Of a DNA stretch of 64,000 bases, positions 38,328 through 50,208 are shown in pieces. Position 1 is the first letter of the stretch. Every line of letters begins with the position of its first letter. The translations under genes were made by a program, and so were the position numbers. The notes under the pieces were generated by a model. It was not told the DNA's origin, did not search any database, and saw nothing but the letters and a program-made list of their open reading frames with translations. The DNA comes from Octopus vulgaris (Eukaryota): assembly GCA_951406725.2 (NCBI GenBank), contig OX597816.1:127348001-127412000 (forward strand). The letters are read 5' to 3'.

Positions 38328-39743
38328 AGCCATCAGAACTTACATGGTTTAACCCACCTTGCCCAGACTTGTACCTCAGAGGGTAGCTTTCTAGGTGCAA
38401 TCCCATGGTCATTCATGACCGAAGGAGGTCACAATGATATATTATGTCACAGGCCTCTTTATTACACATTCTTATACTAATCCACTATATCTTTATTCTA
38501 TAAATAGTGAAATGTTTGATAGTCCAGCATATGCCTTCCAAACTCTATGACTATGATTTATTGATTGTATTTTTATTATATTATATATATATATATATAC
38601 TTCTTGTATTATTACTTGATATCATATTATTTGGTTTATATTTCTATATTATTTATAACTATATGATGCGGGTTGTGTATGTGTGTGTGCACATCTGTAT
38701 GTATATACACAGGTAGATGTGTTGTCAGTTATGGGGTGGTTGCCTCCCCTGTCAGCATGTGTGTATGTATATACACAGGTAGATATGTTTTTACATGTAA
38801 AGTATGTACTTACATGAAAAGTAAACAAATGTATATGTCTAAAATTGTGTGTGTGTGTTCTAGTGTGGAATGATAATGGCAGTTTTATGTCGTTTTATGT
38901 CGTTCATTGTCTGATGTCTTATCTATCTGATCTTGTTGAGTTGTTTTGGATGGCCTGTCCTTCCTCACAGCTGGTCAGGGCTATAAACGAATTAAGATAA
39001 CAAATTGAAAAATAGGATTGTTTTGACCTCTTTGCACCTAGGATGTTCATTTACTTCACTTTCTCTATAAATTTGATTGTTCTTTCTTAAAATATCACTT
39101 ATTCATCGTACTAGTTGTTGAATAGGTCATATTCAAGGTTTTACCTTGCTTGTTTATAGCTGTTTAAACTTTTACCTGAGGATGGTGGATTTATGCTATG
39201 ATTTAATCTGTGAGTGCATCAAGAAAATGCTACCAAAACAGCTGTGGTTATTTCCAATCCTTATTTCTGGTCTTTGCTATATATACATATTACATGCAAG
39301 TTTGGTTGTTTTTATTTAGTATTTTTCATAGATTCTTATTAATATTTTAAGTTTGATTTATAAAAATAATTTTCCTCAACCCTTTAGTCTGAAGTTTTAA
39401 GGCTTTTGAAATTAAACTGTTGTAAAGGTGATAGTCATTATTGTTTTAAATCAATATAAAGGCCTGCGAAGGTAATATGAAAAGATCAAACTTGAACATG
39501 GTTGTATTTTTAATTAATGTTTGAAATGAAAACTCTTTCTTTCATTGTGCTTACTTGATTCTTTTTTGAAAGAATTTGAGAGATGGGTTCAGTTAAGGTG
39601 TAACTGCATCACTTGATGGAGAATAGATTGAGGAGGACAGTTGCAGAGAGGATTAGTTACTCTACCAATATTTGTAATTCAAATTAAAACAGTTAATAAA
39701 ATAATTATGCTCACTTGTACATTACTTTCAAAACATACTTTTG

Positions 39744-39842
39744 ATCTATCTATCAATCTATCTATCTATCTGTCTGTCTTCCTGCCTGCCTGTCTGTCTG
39801 TCCGTCCGTCCGTCCATCCGTCTGTCCGTCCATCTGTCTGTG

Positions 39843-39924
<82 letters not shown>

Positions 39925-39945
39925 ATCTATTTACTTATCTATCTG
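39744..39945. repeat. Compound (TATC)n/(TGTC)n/(TCCG)n microsatellite
   Basis: Read directly. Confidence 0.95.
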
Positions 39946-40049
39946 TGTGTGAGTGTATGTGTATAAGATATTAATATAAACTGCTAGGCACAATGTAATA
40001 CCATGATAAAATATTCAATTGTCTCTAAGTATGACTAAGGGTTCCAGAG

Positions 40050-40330
40050 GACGTCACGAAACATGTGCAACAAAAAATACGAAGTACAAGTACATGGAAC
40101 ATGAACTATTTTTTTGAACAACGAAAGACACAAATGGAAAACAAGACAACGCATGGAACGACCCTTCATCAGTTGTTGGCAGTTTTTCTACTCTCGTATT
40201 TCGAGCATTTAACAACAAAATACACTTTTGATAAAACAGTTGCTCCTGCAAAACAAATTAAATAAAATTTGGTATTTTGCGGAGGGTCGAAATTGATAAC
40301 ACTAACAGGACAGTGAAAACAAACAGAGAT
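40050..40330 (-). mobile_element. Interspersed repeat, probably a Penelope-like terminus; other pieces at 51602-51747 and 52140-52272
   Basis: The reverse complement aligns with both plus-strand segments (CTTTCGTTGTTCAAAA..AGTTCATGTTCCATGT; GGAGCAACTGTTTTATC.AAAG). Confidence 0.75.
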
Positions 40331-40780
40331 TCAACAAGTATGTTAAAAAATGGAGAAGAGATGTTCAAATTTGAAATAATTTGAGCAGTCCTCACCAACT
40401 ATGCCTTGAAAATTACTTTCAAATTTAAGCATCTTCTCATCTCCTTTTTTAACATATTTGTTGAGTTTCTATGGAATACTTTTCCATATATTCTCATAAC
40501 ACACTATATATATATATATATATATATTTATATCATCATCATCATCATCACACACACATGTATATATACACATAAAGACACATGTGCATATATAATGTAA
40601 TCTATTACAGATAAGCAAAATATTTCCTCAACTCCTTTGGAGGTGTCTTTTTCCTAATTGGCTTCAGTGATTTCCAATTCAAGGCATTGTAATCAAAACT
40701 ATGGCCTCAGTAATTTTTTATCCAAAACTTACCCATTGCTCTAAGGGACTAGTACCATTTAGTAAGACTGGTCTACAATT

Positions 40781-42436
40781 CATCATCATCATCATCGTTT
40801 AGCGTCCGTTTTCCATGCTAGCATGGGTTGGACGGTTCTACTGGGGTCTGTGAAGCCAGAAGGCTTCATCAGGCCCAGTCAAATCTGGCAGTGTTTCTAC
40901 GGCTGGATGCCCTTCCTAACGCCAACCACTCCGTGAGTGTAGTGGGTGCTTTTTACGTGCCACCTGCACAGGTGCCAGACAGAGCTGGCAAACGGCCACG
41001 AACGGATGGTGCTTTTTATGTGCCACCGGCACGAGGGCCAGGCGAGGCTGGCAACGGACACGAAACGGGGCGGTGCTGGCAACGGTCGTGAAACGGAAGG
41101 TTCTCTTACATGCCACCGGCACTGGTAACACATCTGCAATTTCCATTGATCGATTTCGATTCTGATCCTCACTTGCCTCAACGGGTCTTCACAAGTAGAG
41201 TTTCGACATGCCACCGGCACTGGTAACACATCTGCAATTTCCATTGGTCGATTTCGATTCTGATCCTCACTTGCCTCAACAGGTCTTCACAAGTAGAGTT
41301 TTGTGTCCCAAGAAGGGAAGGTATGCATATGTAGGCTGGCTCCATCCCATGTAGAAGGCCAAGGGTTATGGACTCACTTGTCCTGCCGGGTCTTCTCGTG
41401 CACAGCACACTTCCAGAGGTCTCGGTCTCTAGTCATTTCCTCAGTGAGACCTAAAGTTCGAAGGTCGTGCTTCACCACCTCGTCCCAGGTTTTCCTGGGT
41501 CTGCCTCTTCCACAGGTTCCCTCAACCGCTAGGGTGTGGCACTTTTTCACACAACTATCTTCATCCATTCTCGCCACATGACCATACCAGCGCAAACGTC
41601 TCTCTTGCACACCACAACTGATGCTTCTTAGGTCCAGCTTTTCTCTCCAGGTACTTACACTCTGCCAAGTATGAGTACTGACATTACACATCCATCGGAG
41701 CATACTGGCTTCATTTCTTGCGAGCTTATGCATATCCTCAGCAGTCACGGCCCATGTTTCACTGCCATGTAGCATGGCTGTTCGTACACACGCATCATAC
41801 AGTCTGCCTTTCACTCTGTGCGAGAGGCCTTTTGTCACCAGCAGAGGTAAGAGCTCTCTGAACTTTGCCCAAGCTATTCTTACTCTAGCAGTTACACTTT
41901 CAGCACACCCGCCCCCGCTGCTGACTTGGTCACCTAGGTAATGGAAACTATCAACTATTTCTAGTTTTTCTCCCTGGAAAGTGACGGAATTTGGTCTCAG
42001 AGCATTTTCAGTGTTTATTGTTCCTGAGCATCTGCCACATACAAAAACCATCTTCCTAGTTAGCCTTCCTTTGACATTGCTGCACCTCTTGTGTGTCCAT
42101 AGCTTACACTTGGTGCATCTTATAGAGTTTCTACCTACACCTTTTCTACAGATCGAGCAGGGCCATCTACCTGAAGGCGTTTGCGATTTGTCTACCTTCC
42201 TACTGATTACAACTTTGGTTTTAGCTAGATTGACTCTGAGGCCCTTCGATTCTAATCCTTGTTTCCACACCTGAAACTTCTCCTCCAGTTCTGATAGCGA
42301 CTCAGCAATTAGAGCAAGGTCATCAGCATAGAGGAGCTCCCAAGGGCATCCTGTCTTGAATTCCTCCGTTATTGCCTGGAGGACTATGACAAATAGGAGG
42401 GGGCTGAGTACTGAGTACTGAGCCTTGGTGGACCCC
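40781..42436 (-). mobile_element. 5'-truncated RTE-clade LINE, copy 1
   Basis: GVHQGSVL, LLYADDL, PHD-like finger, YLGD, MLHGSETW, RRLRWYGHV, GRGRPRKTW; repeat-containing 3' UTR; (GAT)n tail. Confidence 0.95.
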
Positions 42437-43696
42437 TTTATTATTTTTTTAATTATTATTTTAAAAATATTTTGTATTGAGTACTGAGCCCTGGTGGACC
42501 CCTTTATTATTTTTTTAATTATTATTTTTAAAATATTTTGAGATGATTTTTTTTCTCATTTGTTTACAGTATGATTCCACATTCTGGCATATAGAATATG
42601 ATTCTATATCCCAACACTTATTTGGTGTTCAGTTATTGTTTGAAACATTTCTAGATTGAAGTATTTTGTTGTTCATATTTTATTCAAATTCTAAATATTC
42701 TGTACAATTACTCAGCTGTTTTCTTGCCTATAACTGTCATGAACTTAGGAGCTTAACCCTTCCATTAGTTGTCAACATTTTTCTCTATACTGATTTAATC
42801 TCACAGCTCACAGCTATGTTTCTTTACTATAACAACATTGAGTTATTTAAATAAGCTGACTTTAAAAAACGTCTACATTCTGTTTTTAATTGTTACCTTC
42901 AGAAGCCTGTCAGCTATTACTTTGTTCCTTCCAGCATGGTATAGCATTTATATTGTAACACTGAAACTACAAATCTCAACTACATAATTAGTTATGTTAT
43001 TGTTGACGTTACATGAACTAATATAAAGTCCTCATATGATAATTATGATGAATGTGTGATTTCTGTTTTTATTTTAATACAACTCAGAAAAATATTATGA
43101 AGTGTAGGTGTAGTGAATTAAGATCTTTGCCAGATAACAATAAGAAAAAATATATAATGCATTTGCAATTTTTCTGTGTTAATGTCTGTACCCCCTAAGG
43201 GAAAAGTTATCAGAAATGACTCATTGGTTCATATTATTGGATTAAAATCTAGAGAAGTTTTATAGTATTTAAATCTGATTGCCTTTCCCTGGCTTGTTAT
43301 CTGAGGAGATTTCATAACATGAGCACTTAAAAATTTATTTATCAAAGCTTGATAGCATCTGCAACTTGATGGATAATTCTTAAAACTTAGAATGTGTATT
43401 CTTAATATTAGTAATTTGAAGCCCCAAGGCAGGTGTTTTCTTAAATAGAATTCTTTACCAGACTTGATGATTCTAGGTTAATATCTTAGACAGACTTTTT
43501 CAAAACGATTTTAATATCTAAAGCATACAGAAAAAAATATACTACAATAAAAAAAATATGGCTATCATATGTTCCCAAATACAAAAATCATGGCTTTTAA
43601 CCAAAAATAAATCATACATGATAAATGGTTAATTTAGAAAATCTATGTTGGCTGTTGATTTGAAGAAATAATTAAAATCTTTTATGGGAAAAATTT

Positions 43697-43751
43697 GCTG
43701 CTAATATTTAATTAAATATATTCTCATATATTTCTTTCTTTTCAGGTAAGT
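43697..43751 (+). promoter_or_regulatory. Candidate recursive splice site (zero-length exon): 3' splice site fused to a consensus 5' splice site
   Basis: GCTGCTAAT branch-like motif, about 80 nt without AG, then TTTCTTTCTTTTCAG|GTAAGT. Confidence 0.55.
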
Positions 43752-44237
43752 AAACATTTGCAGTTTGAAATATGATAAACCTGAATTGACATATGAACAT
43801 GAAATCTAAGTTGTAAGTATTCCCATAACATTGATGGCATTGCTTTAAAGTAAACATCATTTCACAACATTTATGTGTGTACGTATATTAGAAATTAGTT
43901 GTACAGTGAAGGTTGTAAAGTCTCAACTAATTTAGGAGAGAACATATTTACCTTGTACTGACAATAGAAATGATAATTTCATGTAATGAACTTTCAATGA
44001 ATTGGTTAAAGTTTTATAAAGCTGTACACACACGTGTGTGTGTGTGTGTTAGATTTAGTTGTATTTGTCGCAGTGCTAACTTCCTTTTCTGACACCGTTA
44101 CCATGTTGGATATGTCACTGTTATTGCTTCTATCACAATGTGCATGCAGCAGGTGTTTTTCGTTTTGGTTGGTATTTCCTTTCTTGACTGATAGATAGAT
44201 AGATAGATAAATATACATGTGTATATCTATCTGTCTG

Positions 44238-44486
44238 TGTCCTAGTGGTTAGGCTGTTGCACTCATGATTGCTAGATGATGGGTTTGATTCCCTGATTGG
44301 GTGGCTTGTTGTGTTCTTAAGCAAAACACTTCATTTCACGTTACTCCAATCCCTCTTTCAGCTGGGAATGCTGGTCTGCTTACCTAGCCAGTGGGGTGGT
44401 ATCATTTGAAGGCTAAAACAATGTAAAATGCATTGTGACCAGCGATATATAACATCTGAGAGCCTGATTGGTCAAGTGATAACATG
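44238..44486 (+). mobile_element. SINE with a family D head and a different tail
   Basis: CCTAGTGGTTAGG..GGTTTGATTCCC..GTGTTCTTAAGCAAAACACTTCATTTCAC, then an unrelated 3' part. Confidence 0.75.
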
Positions 44487-44487
44487 A

Positions 44488-44525
<38 letters not shown>

Positions 44526-44537
44526 CACACACACACA

Positions 44538-47525
44538 CTAGCACTATGACCCAGCAACACTAGTGCAGCTCAAGAACGGTGAGCTTGTGTCTGTTCTGTG
44601 GTTTTGGCTGCCCTTGCATTGGCCATGGCAGCAGCATCACAAGAACAGCAGGCCTGTGTTTGTTCTGCAGTTTCGGCTGCTCTTGCATTGGCCATGGCAG
44701 TGGCATTCCAAGCTAATCGAGTAGCTCTGTCTTGGGGTGCCTTATTAGCCCTTCTGGCCCTCTTAGCCTCTGAATCAGCTGTCCTTCTTCCAATGCAGGC
44801 TCTCTTCTTTCAGAGCATTTTGGCAATTTATTGGTTTTTGTGGACTAAGTGAGATAGTTTGGGACAACTGATAAGCACATGATTTTAAGTAATGGCAAAG
44901 CAATAATCAAAACGATAATGACAGAAGTGGTACACAAATGGAAAACAAAGGGCTATTTAAAAATAGCAAAAAATCGTAGTCAGGTTTCAAGCACAAAAAC
45001 TATTTACTGTGCTTGTAAGTTGGTGAAAACAAAAAGCGTTGGCTGCTCGAAAGAAGCAGTAGTCAAAAAGTGATATCAAACACAAAAACGTCTATTATTT
45101 TTACTCAAAAATTGATGCGGAACTACGAAAAATTCTCTAATTAATACTTTGGTTAATCAAAAGAAGCAGTAATCAAAACGTGAACTGATATCAAGCACAA
45201 AAAGGCTATTTTTACACAAAAAAATTGGGGTCAAACTGCAGCAGATGCTTTAAGTGTTAATTGATGAGTTGCTAGGCAAAAATATGGCCAGGCAACCCAA
45301 GTAAATGTGATAGGTAAAGTGGAATTTTATGAACAAAACTTGAGGTTTGTAATGGAACCCAAGCCATGAAGCATAATTGTGAAAAGCGTTTGAGTCTGGG
45401 CACCAAAGCATGCATCCTCATGCTTAATTAGCGCACTGAATCTTATTGGATAATGATCTAGTATGCGCAAATCCAAGGCCACGCGTCCAAGGTCAAATGT
45501 TTACATGTCCCTCAGTAGCATTGGCCAGTACACACACGCACACACGCATAAGCACACATGTTCAAGGTCATATGCAGTGCCATGCTCATGCACATACATG
45601 ACTAAGTGTCTACACAGGAAAACGCTTTTTGTGGTGTTTGATGCATGAGGAAATTAATTAGTGGAAAGTGGATTCAAGTTTTTTAAAAATAGGGCATTTG
45701 GGAAGTGGAAAAACCCAATCAATTTGCAGTAGCAAACAAAGAGCTTATTATGTGTAAGTTAAGGCTAAAAGAACACGGTTGTAATTCAATTTGAATGGGG
45801 AAGCCTGTAAGGGATTGTTATGGGCAAACTCTAATCAAATTAAGATTTCACACACCATAAGTAATAACCTGAGTACCTTTGTCACCTGCTATGTAGATAG
45901 CGAATGATTCGACCTCAGGCTGAATGCAAACTCAACAAACGATGGTTATGTGTATTTTCAAAATCATGCTGTGGTGCAGTCAAATTCGAGTCTTTCACTT
46001 TCTTCTTCCTCCCTTTTTGTCTGACTATGACATGTGCACAGTCCCGCTAACTGAAAGCTTCATATCATGTGCTTATTGTTCATTTCTAGTGTTTCATAAA
46101 AAAGTTGTTACTTAATCAAGGTAGTGCAGAAACACTGTATGACTCATGAGTTCTAGCCTTGAATTGTCTTAGGTACTGGTGTGCTTCTGTTTGGTTAGCT
46201 ATAAAATGGGGTAAGAACAAAACTCAGGCTTTTTACAGATAAAGATTGCTTCATTTTGTGCAAAAATCTCTTTCTTTGTTTTCAGAAATTATGTTTGCCT
46301 TTCCATCACATATCTTTTATAAAGCGTTTGACTGAGCCTCTGCAGATTTTGAGCCCATCCCAGAGGTACAGCTGCACTGGGTAATTAATCATCGCAAATT
46401 TGGCAGCTTTGTTGAAGGTGAAGGGGGAGCATGTTAGAAAATCGATAAAGACCACCATGAAAGCAAGGCTTCACCAACAAAATGAAATGAATAATGAGGG
46501 CTGACAAAGTTTTCAAATTTCCTAGCAAGTGGAAAAATGTGACTGGAAATTAATTAGCATCTCAATTTTCACTCGTATCTCAAAACACAAAAGAATGAAA
46601 TTTTGCTTAAGAAAGTTTTTGTATCTTAAGTCATTCGTACCTCAAATTAGGGCTTAAAGAAAAGGTTACAGTCAATTTAAATGCGGAAACCCACAAGGAA
46701 TAGTTTTATTGAGTTTCCACTGATTGATTGGCAATTTTGGTAAACTTGAATCAAATTAAGATTTCTTGTACCAAAAGGATCACCCTGATAACCCTATGCC
46801 CCTGTTTTGTAGGTAGCAAATGATTCGATCATAGGCTGAATGCAAACAAGTAAACGTATTTTTATGAAAATCCCTTGGGTGGGGTCAACTTACCCATTTT
46901 TCATTTTTAATCCTACTTGAATAAAACATCCTGGGCTCTCGCTGGATAATTTAAATCAACCGAAAGCATAAAAGCAAAGCCCTTCCTTCCTAGATAGATT
47001 CATAGAATAGGCTCCAACTGCTTTTGTAGCATATTTAATAAATGATAGCATATCAAGCATATTTGGTCTTTCTTGAAAATCCCACTCTCTTGTCATTCAC
47101 TTGGTCTAACTCGTTAATTATTCCCTGCATTTCTCAAATCAAAAACGCATGCACGTTTGAAAGCCAAAACACATGATAACGCATCTTCGCAAAACACAAA
47201 AATGCACTGAGTCATAGAGACTGTCTGCAAATGCGCATGCGCATTCAACTATCAAGGACAAAATTATCACCATCCAATCGAAAAGCAGCTGGCAATCTAT
47301 TGGCATATCTAGCTGTACGTACCACGTACAAATTTCTATGTTTTAGCGATTTTGAATGGATATGCCCATAACTTATGGGCATAAGGGGTCGGTTTATCGA
47401 TTTTTTTAATGGCTTTCTGGGGTGACTGGGAAAATGAAAAGATCTTCACAATCACCCTCAGACAGTTTTGAAAGCCCATACTGTAGATTTGTATAAAGGA
47501 CACACAGATACACAGACATTTTGCC

Positions 47526-47567
<42 letters not shown>
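44538..47567 (-). mobile_element. Internally deleted non-autonomous Helitron (~3 kb)
   Basis: 5' end (TA)nAATGGCAAAATGTCTGTGTATCTGTGTG; 3' end with degenerate GC hairpin and CTAG followed by T; relic N-terminal ORF with 23-aa RAAET.EQ repeats; internal direct repeats. Confidence 0.75.
44562..44818 (-). pseudogene. Relic N-terminus of a Helitron Rep/helicase with STPR-like 23-aa repeats
   Basis: ML*KKRACIGRRTADSEAKRARRANKAPQDRATRLAWNATAMANARAAETAEQTQACCSCDAAAMANARAAKTTEQTQAHRS*; 69-bp repeat unit. Confidence 0.7.
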
Positions 47568-47569
<2 letters not shown>

Positions 47570-47584
47570 GTCTGTGGTGGGTAT

Positions 47585-47628
<44 letters not shown>

Positions 47629-48460
47629 CATATTCATTATCATCATTCCATCCAAGCTTGGATAGGATATTGTTACAGAATCCAGCGAGAGAATTGAGGA
47701 TGGCTGGGTAGATATGTGAGAGTGTGAAAGAGTGAGGGACTATAGGAAATGGGGACAGAGATGAATGCAGGGAATTGGTCATGTTTCCACCCTATAGTCT
47801 GACTCTCTTCATGGTGAATGAGGAATCTCAGTTAGGGCAAAGGAGAATAGGAGTGGATCAAGGAGAATGCAATCTGTGACAATACGTAAAAGGGGGGGAT
47901 AGAGAAGAACAATATAATAAAGCCATACATAGACTAGAAATAGGGAGATGACATGGAGGTCAGAGGCACATAGGAGTGCATATAGAGAGTGACAAAAATG
48001 GTATGGTGGGGGCATCGATGCTAGATATGAGAGAATGTTCAGAGAACAAGGGAGTTAAGTAGAAAATGAAGTGGTAAAGAATGATGTTGAGAATGCAGGA
48101 TGGGTAACAAGGGAAATGGTTCCAAGATGAGGGATAACTAGTTGCACAAAATGGCATGATGGTGTGGAATATGAGCAGTTCTACTCTCATATAAATACAG
48201 CAGGTGAGAAAATAGTGTTTTATTCAGAAGGGTGAAGAAGGTATGGGTGTTACAAAGATGAGCCGTGACAAGCACAAGATTGGGTGTTGGGGCATAGACA
48301 TTAACCCTGTCACATCATATTTCAGCAATAACAAGAATAGGTTAAATGTCATCTCTGCAGGTCTCCAGTTAACACAGTAATGAACAACATACATAGAACA
48401 AAGAGATGCAACTGATTTTGTCTATTAGTTTTGCCTGCAATCATTGTTCTTGAGCTGTAA

Positions 48461-48673
48461 AGTGGCGAGCTGGCAGAACCATTAGCACACCAGGCAAAAT
48501 ATATAGTGGTATTTTGCCTGTCCCCATATTCTGAGTTAAAATTCCACTGAGATTGACTTTGCCTTTCATCCTTTTGGGGTCGATAAATTAAGTACCAGTT
48601 GAGTACTGGGGTCCATGTAATCAACTATCTCCTGCCACCAAACTTCAGGCCTTCTACTTATAGTAGAAAGGAT
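48461..48673 (+). mobile_element. SINE family A
   Basis: GTGGCGAGCTGGCAGAACCATTAGCAC head; GCCTTTCATCCTTTTGGGGTCGATAAATTAAGTACCAG domain. Confidence 0.9.
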
Positions 48674-48901
48674 ATATATATATGCAACTATTTACTTTTT
48701 TGCTCAGGAGCCCAAGTGGAGGCTGATGTCAGACATAGGGGCCCAGATCTGAAGGAGTTAACAATATGTTTTTAGAGCCTAAATTTTGTGAGAGATGGAT
48801 GTGTCTTCTCAAGTAAGTCACCACTCTGGTCAATCCTTTGCCATATCCTCAATGGGTTCAACAATCTAAAGTTAATCTCCAAGTGTGTGTGTATGTATAT
48901 A

Positions 48902-48946
<45 letters not shown>

Positions 48947-49645
48947 GTGTGTGTGTGTCTGTGTCATGGTGTTTACATAACATTAAAGGACAACTAAACT
49001 CATATATTTTAACATAAAAATTTAGATTTGTGAGTGTTGGAATAGGAAGGAATGGTAAATAAAATAAGCCATGTCCTGAATTATGTCTGTAAAAGAGAAT
49101 TAGATATTGTTCAGATGGTTACTTTTTAATATTGTTAAGCAACAGTATATATAAACAGAATAGATTAACTGCTTAAAACAGCTTATAGTTAGTATAAGAA
49201 ATTTAAACTGATATTTACATGCTTGAAAAATAAATTAAAAATAGGATATTAAGAGGACATACATCATAGAACTAATAAATAAAAGAAAGAAATATTACTT
49301 CATGTTCAAACTTTACTGTATTAACAGGGAAATTATGAGAAAAGAAAAGAGAAATAAATAAAAAAATTAAATGAGAAAAACTTATCGTGAGAGATCATAT
49401 ACTGGTTGGAAAAGCCATCTGCAGGAAGTCTAAGGAATTAGAGAAAGATAAATTGAAATCATTTATTTAGATATAAGATTAAACAGTAAAAACAAAGAAG
49501 TTTAACAGTGTTTGAAATATACAGGTTCAATGCTATGGATTACCAGCTAGGAAAATAAAATAAATAAAGGTTAATAATATTCATAGTGTATGTATCATAA
49601 TACAGACTCTGAGATTTATGAGTGCATAATGTGTGTGTATGTATT

Positions 49646-49678
<33 letters not shown>

Positions 49679-49693
49679 TTGTTTGTTTATATA

Positions 49694-49935
49694 GTGGAGG
49701 CATGTAGCTTAGTGGTTAGGGTGTTGGACTCATGATTGTGGTTTCGATTCCTGGACCGGGCAATGTGTTGTGTTCTTGAGCAAAGCACTCATGTCACATT
49801 GCACCAGTCCATGAAGCTGGCAAAAAGGAGTAATACTGTGACAAAATTGGTGTCCAGTCCAGGTGGGGAGTTTATACATCACTGAAACCGGGAAACTGGC
49901 CCCTATGAGCCTGGCATGTCTTGAGAAGGAAACAT
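49694..49935 (+). mobile_element. SINE family D
   Basis: GGAGGCATGTAGCTTAGTGGTTAGGG...GGTTTCGATTCCTGGACCGGG...ATGAGCCTGGC; matches the 1672-2160 units. Confidence 0.88.
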
Positions 49936-49951
49936 TTCTTCTTCTTTGATA

Positions 49952-49988
<37 letters not shown>

Positions 49989-50054
49989 AAGTATGTATAT
50001 ACATATCATATGTATGTGTGTGTATATATATATATATATATACAAATGTATGTA

Positions 50055-50208
50055 TCCAGCTGTTGGTGGTCCAAACTGGAAATGCAATTTATGTGGGTGT
50101 CTTTTCGAAACATTGTCTGGTTTAAAAAGCAACATCAGATGCCATGATGGTTCTAAGGTGTTGGTACAGGAGGTGATCAAACTCTGCATTAGGAGTAGAC
50201 AACCACCA
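50055..50208 (+). mobile_element. Probable 3' end of another RTE-type LINE (C2H2-like finger plus short 3' UTR)
   Basis: WKCNLCGCLFETLSGLKSNIRCH, isolated between (TA)n tracts. Confidence 0.45.

Noticed and set aside
37738-38480. ORFs rich in YI/IY, LSIY, HT or VC dipeptides (also 39641-39974, 47406-47782, 49872-50313, 51457-51833, 52626-53509)
   Set aside because: These are translations of (TA)n, (TATC)n and (CA)n microsatellites that lack stop codons, not genes.
44598-44852. Ala-rich plus-strand ORF resembling a signal peptide or membrane protein
   Set aside because: It is the antisense reading of the Helitron STPR-like repeat relic.
47645-48300. Purine-rich segment with minus-strand ORFs; similar faint LINE-like traces at about 29000-29480, 32040-32640 and 62150-63050
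   Set aside because: Probably very old retroelement remnants, but too degraded to assign a family from sequence alone.
50070-50150. C2H2 zinc-finger gene exon
   Set aside because: It is a single defective finger with no linker or splice sites, flanked by (TA)n; a LINE C-terminus is a better fit.
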